48,481 nucleotides of DNA, taken from assembly GCA_049472445.1 (NCBI GenBank), contig JBLIRT010000001.1, positions 1-48,481 on the forward strand, read 5' to 3'. This DNA is from a bacterium. GTDB taxonomy: Bacteria; SZUA-182; DTGQ01. The notes beneath the pieces were generated by a model that was given only the letters and a program-made list of their open reading frames with translations, was not told the origin of the DNA and did no database searches. Below are positions 10,604 through 19,464 of this stretch, piece after piece. A program made the position numbers and the translations under genes. Every line of letters starts with the position of its first letter. Positions within the stretch are counted from its first letter, which is position 1.

Positions 10604-11188
10604 TCAAAAGAAGGGCATAAAAAAGGGAAACAGCAATCCTCCTGAAATTGACGCCGGAAGAGGTGAGGCAGTTGGAGCAATGACCGTGGGAGTAATCGTC
10701 GTTGCCGGTACCGTAGTTACCGGTGCCGGCGCCGGCGGGACATAACCTACAGGATATATGTAGACGGTCAGGGGTACGGTGATACTTGACAATTTAATAG
10801 GCTCTATATTCGGTGGTTTGATAACCACTTTATCCAGAATGGTTATGGTGGTCGGGACAAAGATGGTTGTCGTTCCAGCAATACTGGCTATAGGATTTGG
10901 TAAAAAAGGGGAAAGGGCTCCCTGAACCGTGGCTGCAGGTAGACGAGGGTTCAGCGAAAGGCTGGGCAGTCCTAACGGATTCCTGAAGGGTGTAAATAAC
11001 GGATAGGTAGGGATCTGCGGAACAGGGGAATAAATCGGCAGACCCGGAAACCTGAGGGGTGGAAAGGAAGGATACCACTGGGCATCGGCCGTTAAAGAGA
11101 AAGGCCCGGCCATATGAAAAATAAATGAGATGATGATACTGAAGAATAAGTGCCGCATCATACTCTTCCTTAAGTGCTGGGGGTTCAT
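10604..11188 (-). CDS. Secreted proline/aromatic-rich low-complexity protein, function unknown
   Basis: An AGAGGTGA SD site lies 6 nt before the ATG at 11188. The signal peptide is MMRHLFFSIIISFIFHMAGPFSLTADA|QW. The mature part is P/F/Y/T-rich and ends in ...GGLLFPFFMPFF, an aromatic C-terminus reminiscent of an OMP sorting signal. Confidence 0.55.
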   Translation of the reverse strand: MNPQHLRKSMMRHLFFSIIISFIFHMAGPFSLTADAQWYPSFPPLRFPGLPIYSPVPQIPTYPLFTPFRNPLGLPSLSLNPRLPAATVQGALSPFLPNPIASIAGTTTIFVPTTITILDKVVIKPPNIEPIKLSSITVPLTVYIYPVGYVPPAPAPVTTVPATTITPTVIAPTASPLPASISGGLLFPFFMPFF

Positions 11189-11641
11189 AGCATGTCACCT
11201 CTTTCTTTATGAAAGAAACCGTTCAAAAGTCTTAACCACATCCGATGCTGCTTGCCAAGCCGCGCTCTCACGAACCCATCACTCAGAACCGCCGCACTCT
11301 ATCCTCATCTGTTTAGCTCTTTCAGTAATTTCTGACTTCGGCTTACCACTCCTTTCTCATCTCGTTGACCAGGACAGTGAAAAATATCATTTTTATAGAC
11401 TATATGATAAGTAAGCAATCTGAATGCCATGCCTCCCAGCCTTTAAGCCTGAAATCATATACGTACGGTTTGTTGGAAAATCGATGAGTTTCAGTATGTT
11501 AGTTCTTTACGAAGGAGAACTGAAAGCTGTTCTGAGGGAGGCTGACAAAAAATTTCTTCATAAATATTATCCGCCTATAACAAAAAATATGCTCATCTTT
11601 GCATAGAAATTATTTGCTCCTATAGGTGAGAGGAAAGAGTA

Positions 11642-13393
11642 CTAAGGGGTCTGCAACATGGCCTGATAAGCATTTATCAGCCCATAGCCGTAGTATTGAT
11701 CCCATCCGGAGGTGCCGAGGTCGGCGGCACTTCCTTTCAGGATGGAGACAACATCGGAAGGGGGCAGTGGCACCGTACTTTTCCCGACTATGAGAGCAGC
11801 CACCCCGGAAACCAAGGCCGAGGCAGGCGATGTTCCTTCCAGAAAGTAATAGGAAAAGGTGGAAAAATTTTGCCCGTCATGGGTCTGCTGCAGAATGCCG
11901 TCTCCAAATCCATCACCATTCTGATCAAGGCTCAGATCCCCACCAGGGGCGCACAGGTCAACGTATATCCCATAATTAGAGTAGGTGGAAGCAAAGGTGA
12001 AATCATATCGGACGGCACTTACCGAAACCGGTTCCGGATAAGATGCCGGATACTCAGCCGTATTTGAGCCGGAATTACCGGCCGAGCAGATGACGGTAAC
12101 TCCCCTGGAATAGGCATAGGTGACAGCAGCCGCCTCAGTGACTGAAGTGCCCGGCCCTCCGAGACTCATATTGATGATATGCGCTCCATTGTTAGCGGCA
12201 AAATAGATACCATCCACCTCATCACTGATAAGTACGCCGCCGATATCGTCCATAATTTTAACCGGCATGATAGCTGCGCCGAAAGCGACACCGGCCGCGC
12301 CAATCAGGTTATTCGTCGTCTGGGCAATGCATCCGGCCATGTGGGTACCATGCCCATAGTCATCATCGGGGAAAGTATCGTCATTGACAAAATCATACCC
12401 GGGCACGAACAACGTTCCCGCCAGGTCAGGAGCCTTGGCAAAAAGACCGCTGGTCTCATAGGCCACTCCCGAATCGAGCAAGGCCACTACAGCCCCGGCC
12501 CCGGTTCCATAGTCCCAGGCATAGCTGCAGTTCAGATGCCCTAAGTGCCACTGATACTTATAGTATGGATCATTCGGCAGCAAGTGGGCGCTCCGGTAAT
12601 AATTGGGTTCGGCGTATACAACGGAAGCTTCAGTCCGAAGCCTTTGGACTGCCTGTAAAGGCGTAGTGGAAGGAGAAATATTAAGCAGACTGTATCCTGC
12701 ATAGGGGCTGCTATAGATATGCTGGCACTGATGCATGGCGCAGATCCGTCCGACTTCGGTTGAAGGAGTTCCAGGCACGAATTGTACAATGACCTGATTT
12801 GCCGCATAAACCGGGATTCCCGGGGCATACGTCAGCCCCGATCTCTGGCTGGCAAAAGACATGTAAGCTATCTGCCTCGATTCAACACCCGTAACCTGCC
12901 TTTCCACAGGCAAGGGAGTAAAGGCAGCAGTGGGAGAGGAGAGTGAATAAGGGGATATCGCCCAGGGAATATTGAAAGCATAGGAATTTGGAAAAGTTTT
13001 TGAAAACGCAGAGGGGAAAGCATAAACAGGGAGGAAGGAGCCTCCCCACCAGCCGGAAAATGAGCTGATCGATGGCCAGGCTGAAGGTTCCTGAGCAGAA
13101 GGGTAAGGAGCCCAGGACGTCTGGGAGTATGGGAAATACATCCAGGAAGTGGAGTTCATACTCCTTGCGGTGAGCGGATAGTTCAGATTTGATGCCAACC
13201 ATTGGGCGACAGCAGGGCGATGGTGGCCGATCATACATGTCATGAAAGATATGATCCCAACGGCTAAGAGCCGGGTGAGTCTTGGAGAGGACGAAGAAAA
13301 CCGGTTTATCCGCTTCCCTTTCATAAAGACCTTTTTCAGGTTAAGTCGTATACACTTCGTAAATTCAGCCAATTTATGGGTATGAGGATGCAA
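11642..13393 (-). CDS. Subtilisin-like serine protease (peptidase S8) with a low-complexity aromatic/Pro/Ser-rich N-terminal region
   Basis: The catalytic triad contexts are VALLDSGV (Asp), HGTHMAGC (His) and GTSPASALVSG (Ser). The likely real start is M24 at 13324 (MKGKRINRF...GIISFMTCMIGHHRPAVA|QW signal). Confidence 0.85.
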   Translation of the reverse strand: MHPHTHKLAEFTKCIRLNLKKVFMKGKRINRFSSSSPRLTRLLAVGIISFMTCMIGHHRPAVAQWLASNLNYPLTARSMNSTSWMYFPYSQTSWAPYPSAQEPSAWPSISSFSGWWGGSFLPVYAFPSAFSKTFPNSYAFNIPWAISPYSLSSPTAAFTPLPVERQVTGVESRQIAYMSFASQRSGLTYAPGIPVYAANQVIVQFVPGTPSTEVGRICAMHQCQHIYSSPYAGYSLLNISPSTTPLQAVQRLRTEASVVYAEPNYYRSAHLLPNDPYYKYQWHLGHLNCSYAWDYGTGAGAVVALLDSGVAYETSGLFAKAPDLAGTLFVPGYDFVNDDTFPDDDYGHGTHMAGCIAQTTNNLIGAAGVAFGAAIMPVKIMDDIGGVLISDEVDGIYFAANNGAHIINMSLGGPGTSVTEAAAVTYAYSRGVTVICSAGNSGSNTAEYPASYPEPVSVSAVRYDFTFASTYSNYGIYVDLCAPGGDLSLDQNGDGFGDGILQQTHDGQNFSTFSYYFLEGTSPASALVSGVAALIVGKSTVPLPPSDVVSILKGSAADLGTSGWDQYYGYGLINAYQAMLQTP

Positions 13394-13548
13394 GCTGCAT
13401 GCCTGTCTATAAAAATAGTCGCCTCTACCCTGAATGGCCCCTAGAGCTTATCCGGAAACCTCCGGCAGCAGGCAGAACAGCTATCCTAAAGCAATGCTTT
13501 TGGATAGGTAAAAACTGTGGCAGTCCAAATCTGCGCTCGAAACCGTTC

Positions 13549-13583
13549 TTGACATTATTAACGCGATGCGTTATCATTAAAAT
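13549..13583 (+). promoter_or_regulatory. Putative sigma70 promoter plus palindromic operator of higBA; implies a leaderless or near-leaderless mRNA
   Basis: TTGACA (13549-13554), a 17-nt spacer, then TATCAT (13572-13577). The ATG of higB is at 13584, about 7 nt downstream. The spacer holds the palindrome TAACGC-gat-GCGTTA (13559-13573). Confidence 0.45.
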
Positions 13584-13880
13584 ATGATAAGGGGGTTTCG
13601 TTGTAAAGAAACGGAAAAAATCTTCGCACGAAAATTTTCAAAGCATTTTCCAAAAAATATACAACGAATCGCCTACCGGAAAATTATGATATTAGATGCC
13701 GCGGAAAAATTAGACGATCTTCGTATACCGCCGGGAAATCAACGAGAAAAACTTTCAGGAGACCGAAAAGGACAACATAGCATCCGAATTAATGACCAAT
13801 GGAGAATACGTTTTAAATGGCACAAGAAGGATGTTTATGAAGTAGAAATAACTGATTACCATAAATATAAGGCTGAATAG
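13584..13880 (+). CDS. higB: HigB-type toxin (RelE/ParE superfamily, 'plasmid maintenance system killer')
   Basis: MIRGFRCKETEKIF...LDDLRIPPGNQREKLSGDRKGQHSIRINDQWRIRFKW...VEITDYH matches the HigB-like killer-protein pattern. The antitoxin gene follows directly downstream. Confidence 0.85.
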   Translation: MIRGFRCKETEKIFARKFSKHFPKNIQRIAYRKIMILDAAEKLDDLRIPPGNQREKLSGDRKGQHSIRINDQWRIRFKWHKKDVYEVEITDYHKYKAE

Positions 13881-13908
13881 AAAAATAAATAATTGGAGAC
13901 GGAAGAAT

Positions 13909-14226
13909 ATGGAAAAAGTAAAAATTGCTCCTATACACCCGGGAGAGATTCTTCTTGAAGAGTTTTTAAAACCGCTAGATATTAGTCAATACCGATTAGC
14001 GAAGGATATTAATGTACCTCCTCGCCGGATTAATGAAATTGTATTGGGAAAACGTTCTATTAGTGTTGATACAGCTTTAAGATTATCCCGATATTTTGGT
14101 TTATCAGAAAGGTTTTGGTTGAATTTACAAACAAGATATGACCTTGAAGTGGAAAAAGACAAATCTGGAGATCACATTAAAAAAGAAGTAAAGAAATTGG
14201 ATCATCATTTAGCACATACTGGTTAA
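13909..14226 (+). CDS. higA: HigA-family antitoxin (HTH, Xre-type)
   Basis: HPGEILLEEFLKPLDISQYRLAKDINVPPRRINEIVLGKRSISVDTALRLSRYFGLSERFWLNLQTRYDLE is the canonical HigA/VapI HTH sequence. Confidence 0.9.
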   Translation: MEKVKIAPIHPGEILLEEFLKPLDISQYRLAKDINVPPRRINEIVLGKRSISVDTALRLSRYFGLSERFWLNLQTRYDLEVEKDKSGDHIKKEVKKLDHHLAHTG

Positions 14227-14478
14227 TGGTTCTTCAGGTTCTTCACTATTCTCATCAATTGATGGTTCCTCAGGACTTTCACCGGGAACAGGATTTCTTA
14301 AACTTTGTTTCAACTGATAATAGAAATCACCATACCAGAAGTTGCATAGTTGATTATAATAAAGGTAACAGCAATCAGGGTAATATTGAGAAAACGGAAG
14401 GGATGTACCTGAAAGCCACCAGAAAGCCTGGGCGTCATAATTCCAGAGGCCATGTAACAGTATTGACAAGCTCATCAT
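14209..14478 (-). CDS. Hypothetical 89-aa aromatic/Cys-rich protein with an acidic Pro/Glu tail (weakly supported)
   Basis: This is the only open frame in the 350-bp gap between higA and the M16 gene. MMSLSILLHGLWNYDAQA|FWWLSGTSLPFSQYYPDCCYLYY... echoes the AxA|QW-aromatic N-termini of the two secreted proteins at 10604-13393. There is no SD upstream and it overlaps the higA 3' end by 18 nt. Confidence 0.25.
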   Translation of the reverse strand: MMSLSILLHGLWNYDAQAFWWLSGTSLPFSQYYPDCCYLYYNQLCNFWYGDFYYQLKQSLRNPVPGESPEEPSIDENSEEPEEPLTSMC

Positions 14479-14578
14479 ATTGGGTTAGAGTGACTGCATG
14501 TTCAGCCTTGATTCGACTCCATCCAAAATGTAGGCACCAGATACATTACATCCCTCTAAAAATAATAATGAGGCCTCA

Positions 14579-16096
14579 ATGAAAACAACTCAGAAATGGA
14601 AAAAACAACTTATACTTGTTGCCGGGTGGGCAGCTATCCTGATCAGCATCCTGAAGCCATTTCCCGGCCAGGCTACCCGGCTTTCAGGCAGGGTCATTGA
14701 GCATACCTTGAGCAATGGCATGAAAATTCTGATCCTGGAGCGCCATCAATCCCCGACCGTTTCTCTCTACATTCGATTTCGAGTCGGTATGGTAGAGGAT
14801 AAGGGAAGAGGAACCGCCCATTTCCTGGAGCATATGCTTTTCAAGGGGACAGAAACGATCGGAACGACAAATTATCAAGAGGAAAAAAAAATATTACAGT
14901 TCATTGATCAGACAGGACAGAAATTAGATAACGAGAGGAAGAAAGGGAAATGTGGCCGGAAGGAGGTTATTGAGGAACTGGAAAAAGAGTTGCAAAAGCT
15001 GCAGGAGAAAGCAAGCCTTTATGTAGTAAAGGATGAAATGAACCTGCTCTATACTGCCAGCGGTGCGGTAGGATTCAATGCCAGCACCGGCGCGGACTTA
15101 ACCACGTACCAGGTGAATCTGCCATCCAATCGGATTGAGCTCTGGGCCCGGCTGGAATCTGATCGGCTGGCCAACCCGGTTTTCCGGGAGTTCTACTCTG
15201 AAAGAAATGTGGTCATGGAAGAGCGCAGGCAAACGAATGAAAGTGAGCCCTTTCGTAAATTTGTAGAGCAATTCTTAGCTACCGCCTATCTCTGCCACCC
15301 TTACCGCCATCCAATCATAGGATGGGAATCGGAAATACAATACATTTCCAAGGCAGATATGGAACAGTTCTTTCATACCTATTACGTTCCGGATAATATG
15401 GTGATCGCGGTTGTCGGAGATGTAGATCCGGAGGAATTTATGACCATGGTTGAGCGTTATTTCGGCTCCATTCCCGGCCGTGGATCGCCTTCCATCATAA
15501 CAGCGGAAGAGCCGGCTCAAATAGGGGAAAGGAGAATTGCTGTGCATCTGGACTCACAACCACAGCTTTTAGTTGGCTATCATAAACCCACACTGCCAAC
15601 CCGAGAGGATTATGTTTTTGATGTCGTGGATGCAATCCTGACCAACGGACGGACTTCCCGTCTTTATAACCGATTAGTGGAGAAAGACCGCCTGGCTATC
15701 CAGGTGAGAACCTCGAACGGGATGCCTGGTTCCCGTTTTCCGAATCTGTTCATATTCATGGCTACCCCCCGGCATCCTCATACCGTAAAAGAGATTGAAC
15801 AGGCCATTAATGAGGAAATTGACCGGTTAAAAAACGAACTGGTCTCCGATCGTGAGCTTCAGAAGGTCAAAAATCAGTTGATAGGGGATTATATCCGTTC
15901 GCTGAAATCAAACTCCGGTCTGGCCAGCAGACTCTCCTATTTTGAAAGTGTGGCCGGGGATTGGAAATATATTGATACCCATTTAGAAGAAATTGATAAG
16001 ATTACTCCTCAGGAAATCCAGGAGACTGTCCGAAAATTTCTTATCTCAAGGAATCGGACGGTATCTTTCATTGTACCGGCAGCTTCCTCCCAATAG
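14579..16096 (+). CDS. M16 (pitrilysin) family zinc peptidase, catalytic subunit
   Basis: It has a signal peptide. The inverted zinc motif HxxEH is present in HFLEHMLFKGT, with the downstream E in MEERRQ. Confidence 0.85.
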   Translation: MKTTQKWKKQLILVAGWAAILISILKPFPGQATRLSGRVIEHTLSNGMKILILERHQSPTVSLYIRFRVGMVEDKGRGTAHFLEHMLFKGTETIGTTNYQEEKKILQFIDQTGQKLDNERKKGKCGRKEVIEELEKELQKLQEKASLYVVKDEMNLLYTASGAVGFNASTGADLTTYQVNLPSNRIELWARLESDRLANPVFREFYSERNVVMEERRQTNESEPFRKFVEQFLATAYLCHPYRHPIIGWESEIQYISKADMEQFFHTYYVPDNMVIAVVGDVDPEEFMTMVERYFGSIPGRGSPSIITAEEPAQIGERRIAVHLDSQPQLLVGYHKPTLPTREDYVFDVVDAILTNGRTSRLYNRLVEKDRLAIQVRTSNGMPGSRFPNLFIFMATPRHPHTVKEIEQAINEEIDRLKNELVSDRELQKVKNQLIGDYIRSLKSNSGLASRLSYFESVAGDWKYIDTHLEEIDKITPQEIQETVRKFLISRNRTVSFIVPAASSQ

Positions 16097-16179
16097 CCCG
16101 GAAACCTGTATTACGAAACATATCAGCGGAAAGATGACCGCCCCGCATAAGGGAGATGCCTGAAGAAGGAGATGAAGAA

Positions 16180-17688
16180 ATGACCACCCGCCAGAGAAAT
16201 GGATTGAGGCAGCGAGCACTGGGCCATGACCCTGGACGGCCGGGATATGTACCCCTCGGTCTCTTGTTATTGACAGTCACCATGGGCATGATGTCGGTTT
16301 TCCTGTCAGGCTGTACCTCACTGCCTTCAAAGATACCATCCCCCTTACCTGACCCCCGCCATCTTCAATACCGTCCACTGGAGTTGCACCTTCCAAAAGT
16401 TGAAAGAAAAAAATTAAAGAATAATATGGTTCTATATCTCTTACCAGACCATGAAATTCCCATCATCAACATTTCCGTCCTGATCAGAACCGGGAGTATC
16501 TATGAGCCTTCTGATAAAATCGGCCTGGGTGAACTGACTGGAGAGGTGATGAGAACAGGAGGAACTGCGTCCCTGTCACCTGCTGAATTAGACGAGGAAC
16601 TTGAGTTTCACTCGATACATGTGAGTACGTCCATTGGCAGGGATTCAGGCCAGGCATCTCTGTCCGTACTCACGAAAGATGTTGATAGAGGCATGGAGCT
16701 CTTTTTCGATGTTTTGAGAAATCCTGCCTTTCAGCTGGATAAAGTGGATCTGGCCAAACAAAAAAAGACTGAAGAAATCCGCAGGAAAAATGATTCTCCA
16801 CAAAATATTGCTTTTCGTGAGTTCCGGAAGATTCTTTATAAAGGCGATCCGAGAGGCAATGAAGCTCATATTGAAGATATCCAAAAACTGACCCGCGAGG
16901 ATATGATATGGTTCCATGGCCGGTATTTCCATCCAGACAACTTGATCCTGGGAATTTCCGGCGATTTCCTGAAAGAGGAGATAATAGAAAAATTGGAAAA
17001 GCTCACGGCCGGATGGGAGCCTCTACCGAAACCTGTCCCACAGCCCCCGGTTCCACGTGGACCTGCTTCGAAAACCGTGAACTTTATTTCAAAACAAATA
17101 CCTCAATCAATCATTCTCATGGGAGGCATGGCGCCTGCCAAGAGCCATCCGGACTACTTTGCTTTTTCTGTTCTAAACGATATTCTTGGAGGAGGTGGAT
17201 TTAACTCTTATCTGGCTGAAGAAATCCGTTCCGATCGAGGCCTCGCTTATAGTGTAGGAAGCTTCCACACAGGGTATAAGGATTATGGAGTGTTTGGCGC
17301 CTATTGTTTTACAGGTTCCTCTCATACTCATCTGGTTACTTCTCTCATGTATCAGATTCTGAATCGAGTAAAGCTGGGTCAGATTACTTCCGAGAAGCTT
17401 CAATGGGCCAAAGATTCAATCCTGAATCAATTCGTATTCTCCTTCTCCTCCTCTGACGGCCTAGTTGGACAATTGATGTCTTTAGAATATCATGACTTGC
17501 CCCGGGATTACCTGGATACGTTTCAGGAAAATATCCGAAAAGTGAGTTTAGCGGATGTGCAGCGGGTAGCCGGGAACTATCTTGAGCCAGAAAAATATAT
17601 CCTTTTGGTTTTAGGAAATGACGATCATTTTGATCAATCTCTGACTCAATTTGGGCCGATAAATGTGATAAATATTGAGAACTATTAG
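16180..17688 (+). CDS. M16 family peptidase-like lipoprotein, probably the non-catalytic partner
   Basis: The track ORF starts at 16156. The ATG at 16180 has a GAAGGAG SD site 8 nt upstream. The h-region ends in the lipobox FLSGC. The M16 fold signature is present, but the HxxEH position reads ELTGEVMRTGGT, so there are no zinc ligands. Confidence 0.8.
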   Translation: MTTRQRNGLRQRALGHDPGRPGYVPLGLLLLTVTMGMMSVFLSGCTSLPSKIPSPLPDPRHLQYRPLELHLPKVERKKLKNNMVLYLLPDHEIPIINISVLIRTGSIYEPSDKIGLGELTGEVMRTGGTASLSPAELDEELEFHSIHVSTSIGRDSGQASLSVLTKDVDRGMELFFDVLRNPAFQLDKVDLAKQKKTEEIRRKNDSPQNIAFREFRKILYKGDPRGNEAHIEDIQKLTREDMIWFHGRYFHPDNLILGISGDFLKEEIIEKLEKLTAGWEPLPKPVPQPPVPRGPASKTVNFISKQIPQSIILMGGMAPAKSHPDYFAFSVLNDILGGGGFNSYLAEEIRSDRGLAYSVGSFHTGYKDYGVFGAYCFTGSSHTHLVTSLMYQILNRVKLGQITSEKLQWAKDSILNQFVFSFSSSDGLVGQLMSLEYHDLPRDYLDTFQENIRKVSLADVQRVAGNYLEPEKYILLVLGNDDHFDQSLTQFGPINVINIENY

Positions 17689-17731
17689 AGTGTTTTGCGG
17701 ACTTTTTTTTCGACCAAGCATCTCTTTACCC

Positions 17732-17761
17732 TTGACAATAAAGCGGAATTGTTATTATAAT
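17732..17761 (+). promoter_or_regulatory. Consensus sigma70-type promoter upstream of the cytochrome c3 gene
   Basis: TTGACA (17732-17737), an 18-nt spacer, then TATAAT (17756-17761), 65 nt upstream of the GTG start. Confidence 0.55.
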
Positions 17762-17825
17762 GTAGTAAGTTTTAGATGATGCTCCCTGGCATACGTAACA
17801 AAACTTTCAGGAAAGGAGGGATATA

Positions 17826-18266
17826 GTGAAAAAAGCAGTTGTGGCCATATTCTTAGGTGTTTTACTGGTAGGTGGTGTCTCCTGGTTACAGGCTGAGGAG
17901 AAAGCCCCGGAGGTGAAGGATACTTTTGAGATCAATAGTCCTGAGACTTGCTTCAAGGATGGCAAGAAGACGAAAGTTCCACCGAAATCAAAGCTGGTTA
18001 CTCTGACCCACAAAAAGCACAGTGATTATGCTACCTGTAAGGAATGTCATCATAACATGAAGGATGACAAAGATCTCAAGAATGCAAATAAATGCAGTAC
18101 CGCGGATTGCCACGGGGCTGAGCCGCATGGCGAGAACAACAAGATCATCGATCTGAAATCAGCCATGCACGATAACTGCTATAAAGGCTGCCACAAGACC
18201 AACGAGAAGGCTGTGGAGAAGAAGGCACCCACGAAATGTAATGAATGCCACGCCAAGAATGAATAA
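17826..18266 (+). CDS. Periplasmic tetraheme cytochrome c3-like protein
   Basis: The start is GTG with a GAAAGGAGGG SD site 5 nt upstream. The signal peptide is MKKAVVAIFLGVLLVGGVSWLQA. There are four heme-binding motifs: CKECH, CSTADCH (CX4CH), CYKGCH and CNECH, with many additional His for bis-His ligation. Confidence 0.8.
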   Translation: MKKAVVAIFLGVLLVGGVSWLQAEEKAPEVKDTFEINSPETCFKDGKKTKVPPKSKLVTLTHKKHSDYATCKECHHNMKDDKDLKNANKCSTADCHGAEPHGENNKIIDLKSAMHDNCYKGCHKTNEKAVEKKAPTKCNECHAKNE

Positions 18267-18310
18267 GGCTTTTGTGGCTGAATTACGGGAAAAGGGAATT
18301 GATGATAAAA

Positions 18311-18340
18311 GGGGTAGAAAAGCTACCCCTTTTATTTTTT
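18311..18340 (+). terminator. Rho-independent terminator of the cytochrome c3 gene
   Basis: GGGGTAG-aaaag-CTACCCC is followed by TTTTATTTTTT. Confidence 0.7.
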
Positions 18341-18372
18341 GAGGCAGGATACAGGCCTCCAGTTTACGTAAA

Positions 18373-19458
18373 TTGAAGATTATTGATCGATACTTTATTC
18401 GAGAATTAGTTCCTCCCTTAGGCTTGGGATTATCAGCTTTTACCTTCGTTTTGCTCATGGGAAAAATTCTCCGGTTAATGGAAATCATAGTAGCCAACCG
18501 GATTCCAGTAAAAGCGGTAGGCTTGATTGTCTTATACCTTTTACCCTCTCTGTTTATCTTCGTCATTCCCATGTCCTTTCTTTTCGCCATTCTGATACTC
18601 TTTGGGAGATTGTCCGCAGATAATGAGATTATGGCCCTGCGTGCAGCAGGGATTTCCCTTTATCGGATTATGGCTCCAGTGTTTGTAACTTCAGTTTTCC
18701 TTTTCGCAGCCACCTTATGTATCTCATGCTATATTACCCCCAGGGGGAATGCAGCCCTTCAAAATTTGATCCTGGAGGCAACATGGAAGCATGCCACGTT
18801 AGGACTGACAGAAAAAACCTTCAATGATACTGTTGAGGATATGGTTATTTATGCTGATGAAATTTCAGGATCTTTACTTCGCCGAGTGATGATCTCGGAT
18901 CAGCGGAAAAAGGGTGAAATGGTTACCGTCTTTGCCGGCAGTGGTGAAATCATAGCCAATAATCGCCTCCTGAAATTGATTCTTCGCCTTAAGAATGGAA
19001 CGATTCACCGAAGTAATCCGATGAATGCACGGGAATATCAGCGGTTGAACTTTTCGACGTACGATATTCTCCTGCCCGGCGGGGATTATCCTGAAAGCAG
19101 GAGGGATTTCCGGGTAATGAGTATTCAGGAGCTTTGGAAGGAAATAGAAAAACAAAAAAAGGCAGGCCGCCAGCCTTATCGACTTATGATAGAATGGCAC
19201 CAGAAGTTCTCCATACCCTTTGCCTGTATTGTCTTTGCTATGATAGCCTGCCCCCTTGGGATTCAGAATCGAAAGGGGAATCGACTCAGCGGGTTTGGAT
19301 TGAGTCTGATCATCATCCTGGGGTATTATGCCTTTTTAGGGTTTGGAAAGACCATGGCCTATGGAGGATGGCTGCCTGTCTGGCTATCCATGTGGATGCC
19401 AAACATCCTCTTATGGCTGACAGGCATGTATTATTTTAAAAAATTGGAGCGATGGTAA
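18373..19458 (+). CDS. lptF: LPS export ABC transporter permease LptF (YjgP/YjgQ family)
   Basis: TTG start. The N-terminus MKIIDRYFIRELVPPLGLGLSAFTFVLLMG is typical, and the 6-TM architecture has a large periplasmic insert. It is paired with lptG. Confidence 0.8.
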   Translation: MKIIDRYFIRELVPPLGLGLSAFTFVLLMGKILRLMEIIVANRIPVKAVGLIVLYLLPSLFIFVIPMSFLFAILILFGRLSADNEIMALRAAGISLYRIMAPVFVTSVFLFAATLCISCYITPRGNAALQNLILEATWKHATLGLTEKTFNDTVEDMVIYADEISGSLLRRVMISDQRKKGEMVTVFAGSGEIIANNRLLKLILRLKNGTIHRSNPMNAREYQRLNFSTYDILLPGGDYPESRRDFRVMSIQELWKEIEKQKKAGRQPYRLMIEWHQKFSIPFACIVFAMIACPLGIQNRKGNRLSGFGLSLIIILGYYAFLGFGKTMAYGGWLPVWLSMWMPNILLWLTGMYYFKKLERW

Positions 19459-19464
19459 AGGCTT

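Noticed and set aside
10830-11198. 122-aa alternative-frame ORF overlapping the proline-rich protein gene
   Set aside because: It is on the same strand but out of frame. The 10604..11188 frame has the properly spaced SD and a signal peptide, and this one does not.
17689-17715. Terminator after the second M16 gene (T8 run at 17705-17712)
   Set aside because: I could not find a convincing GC-rich stem immediately upstream of the T-run.
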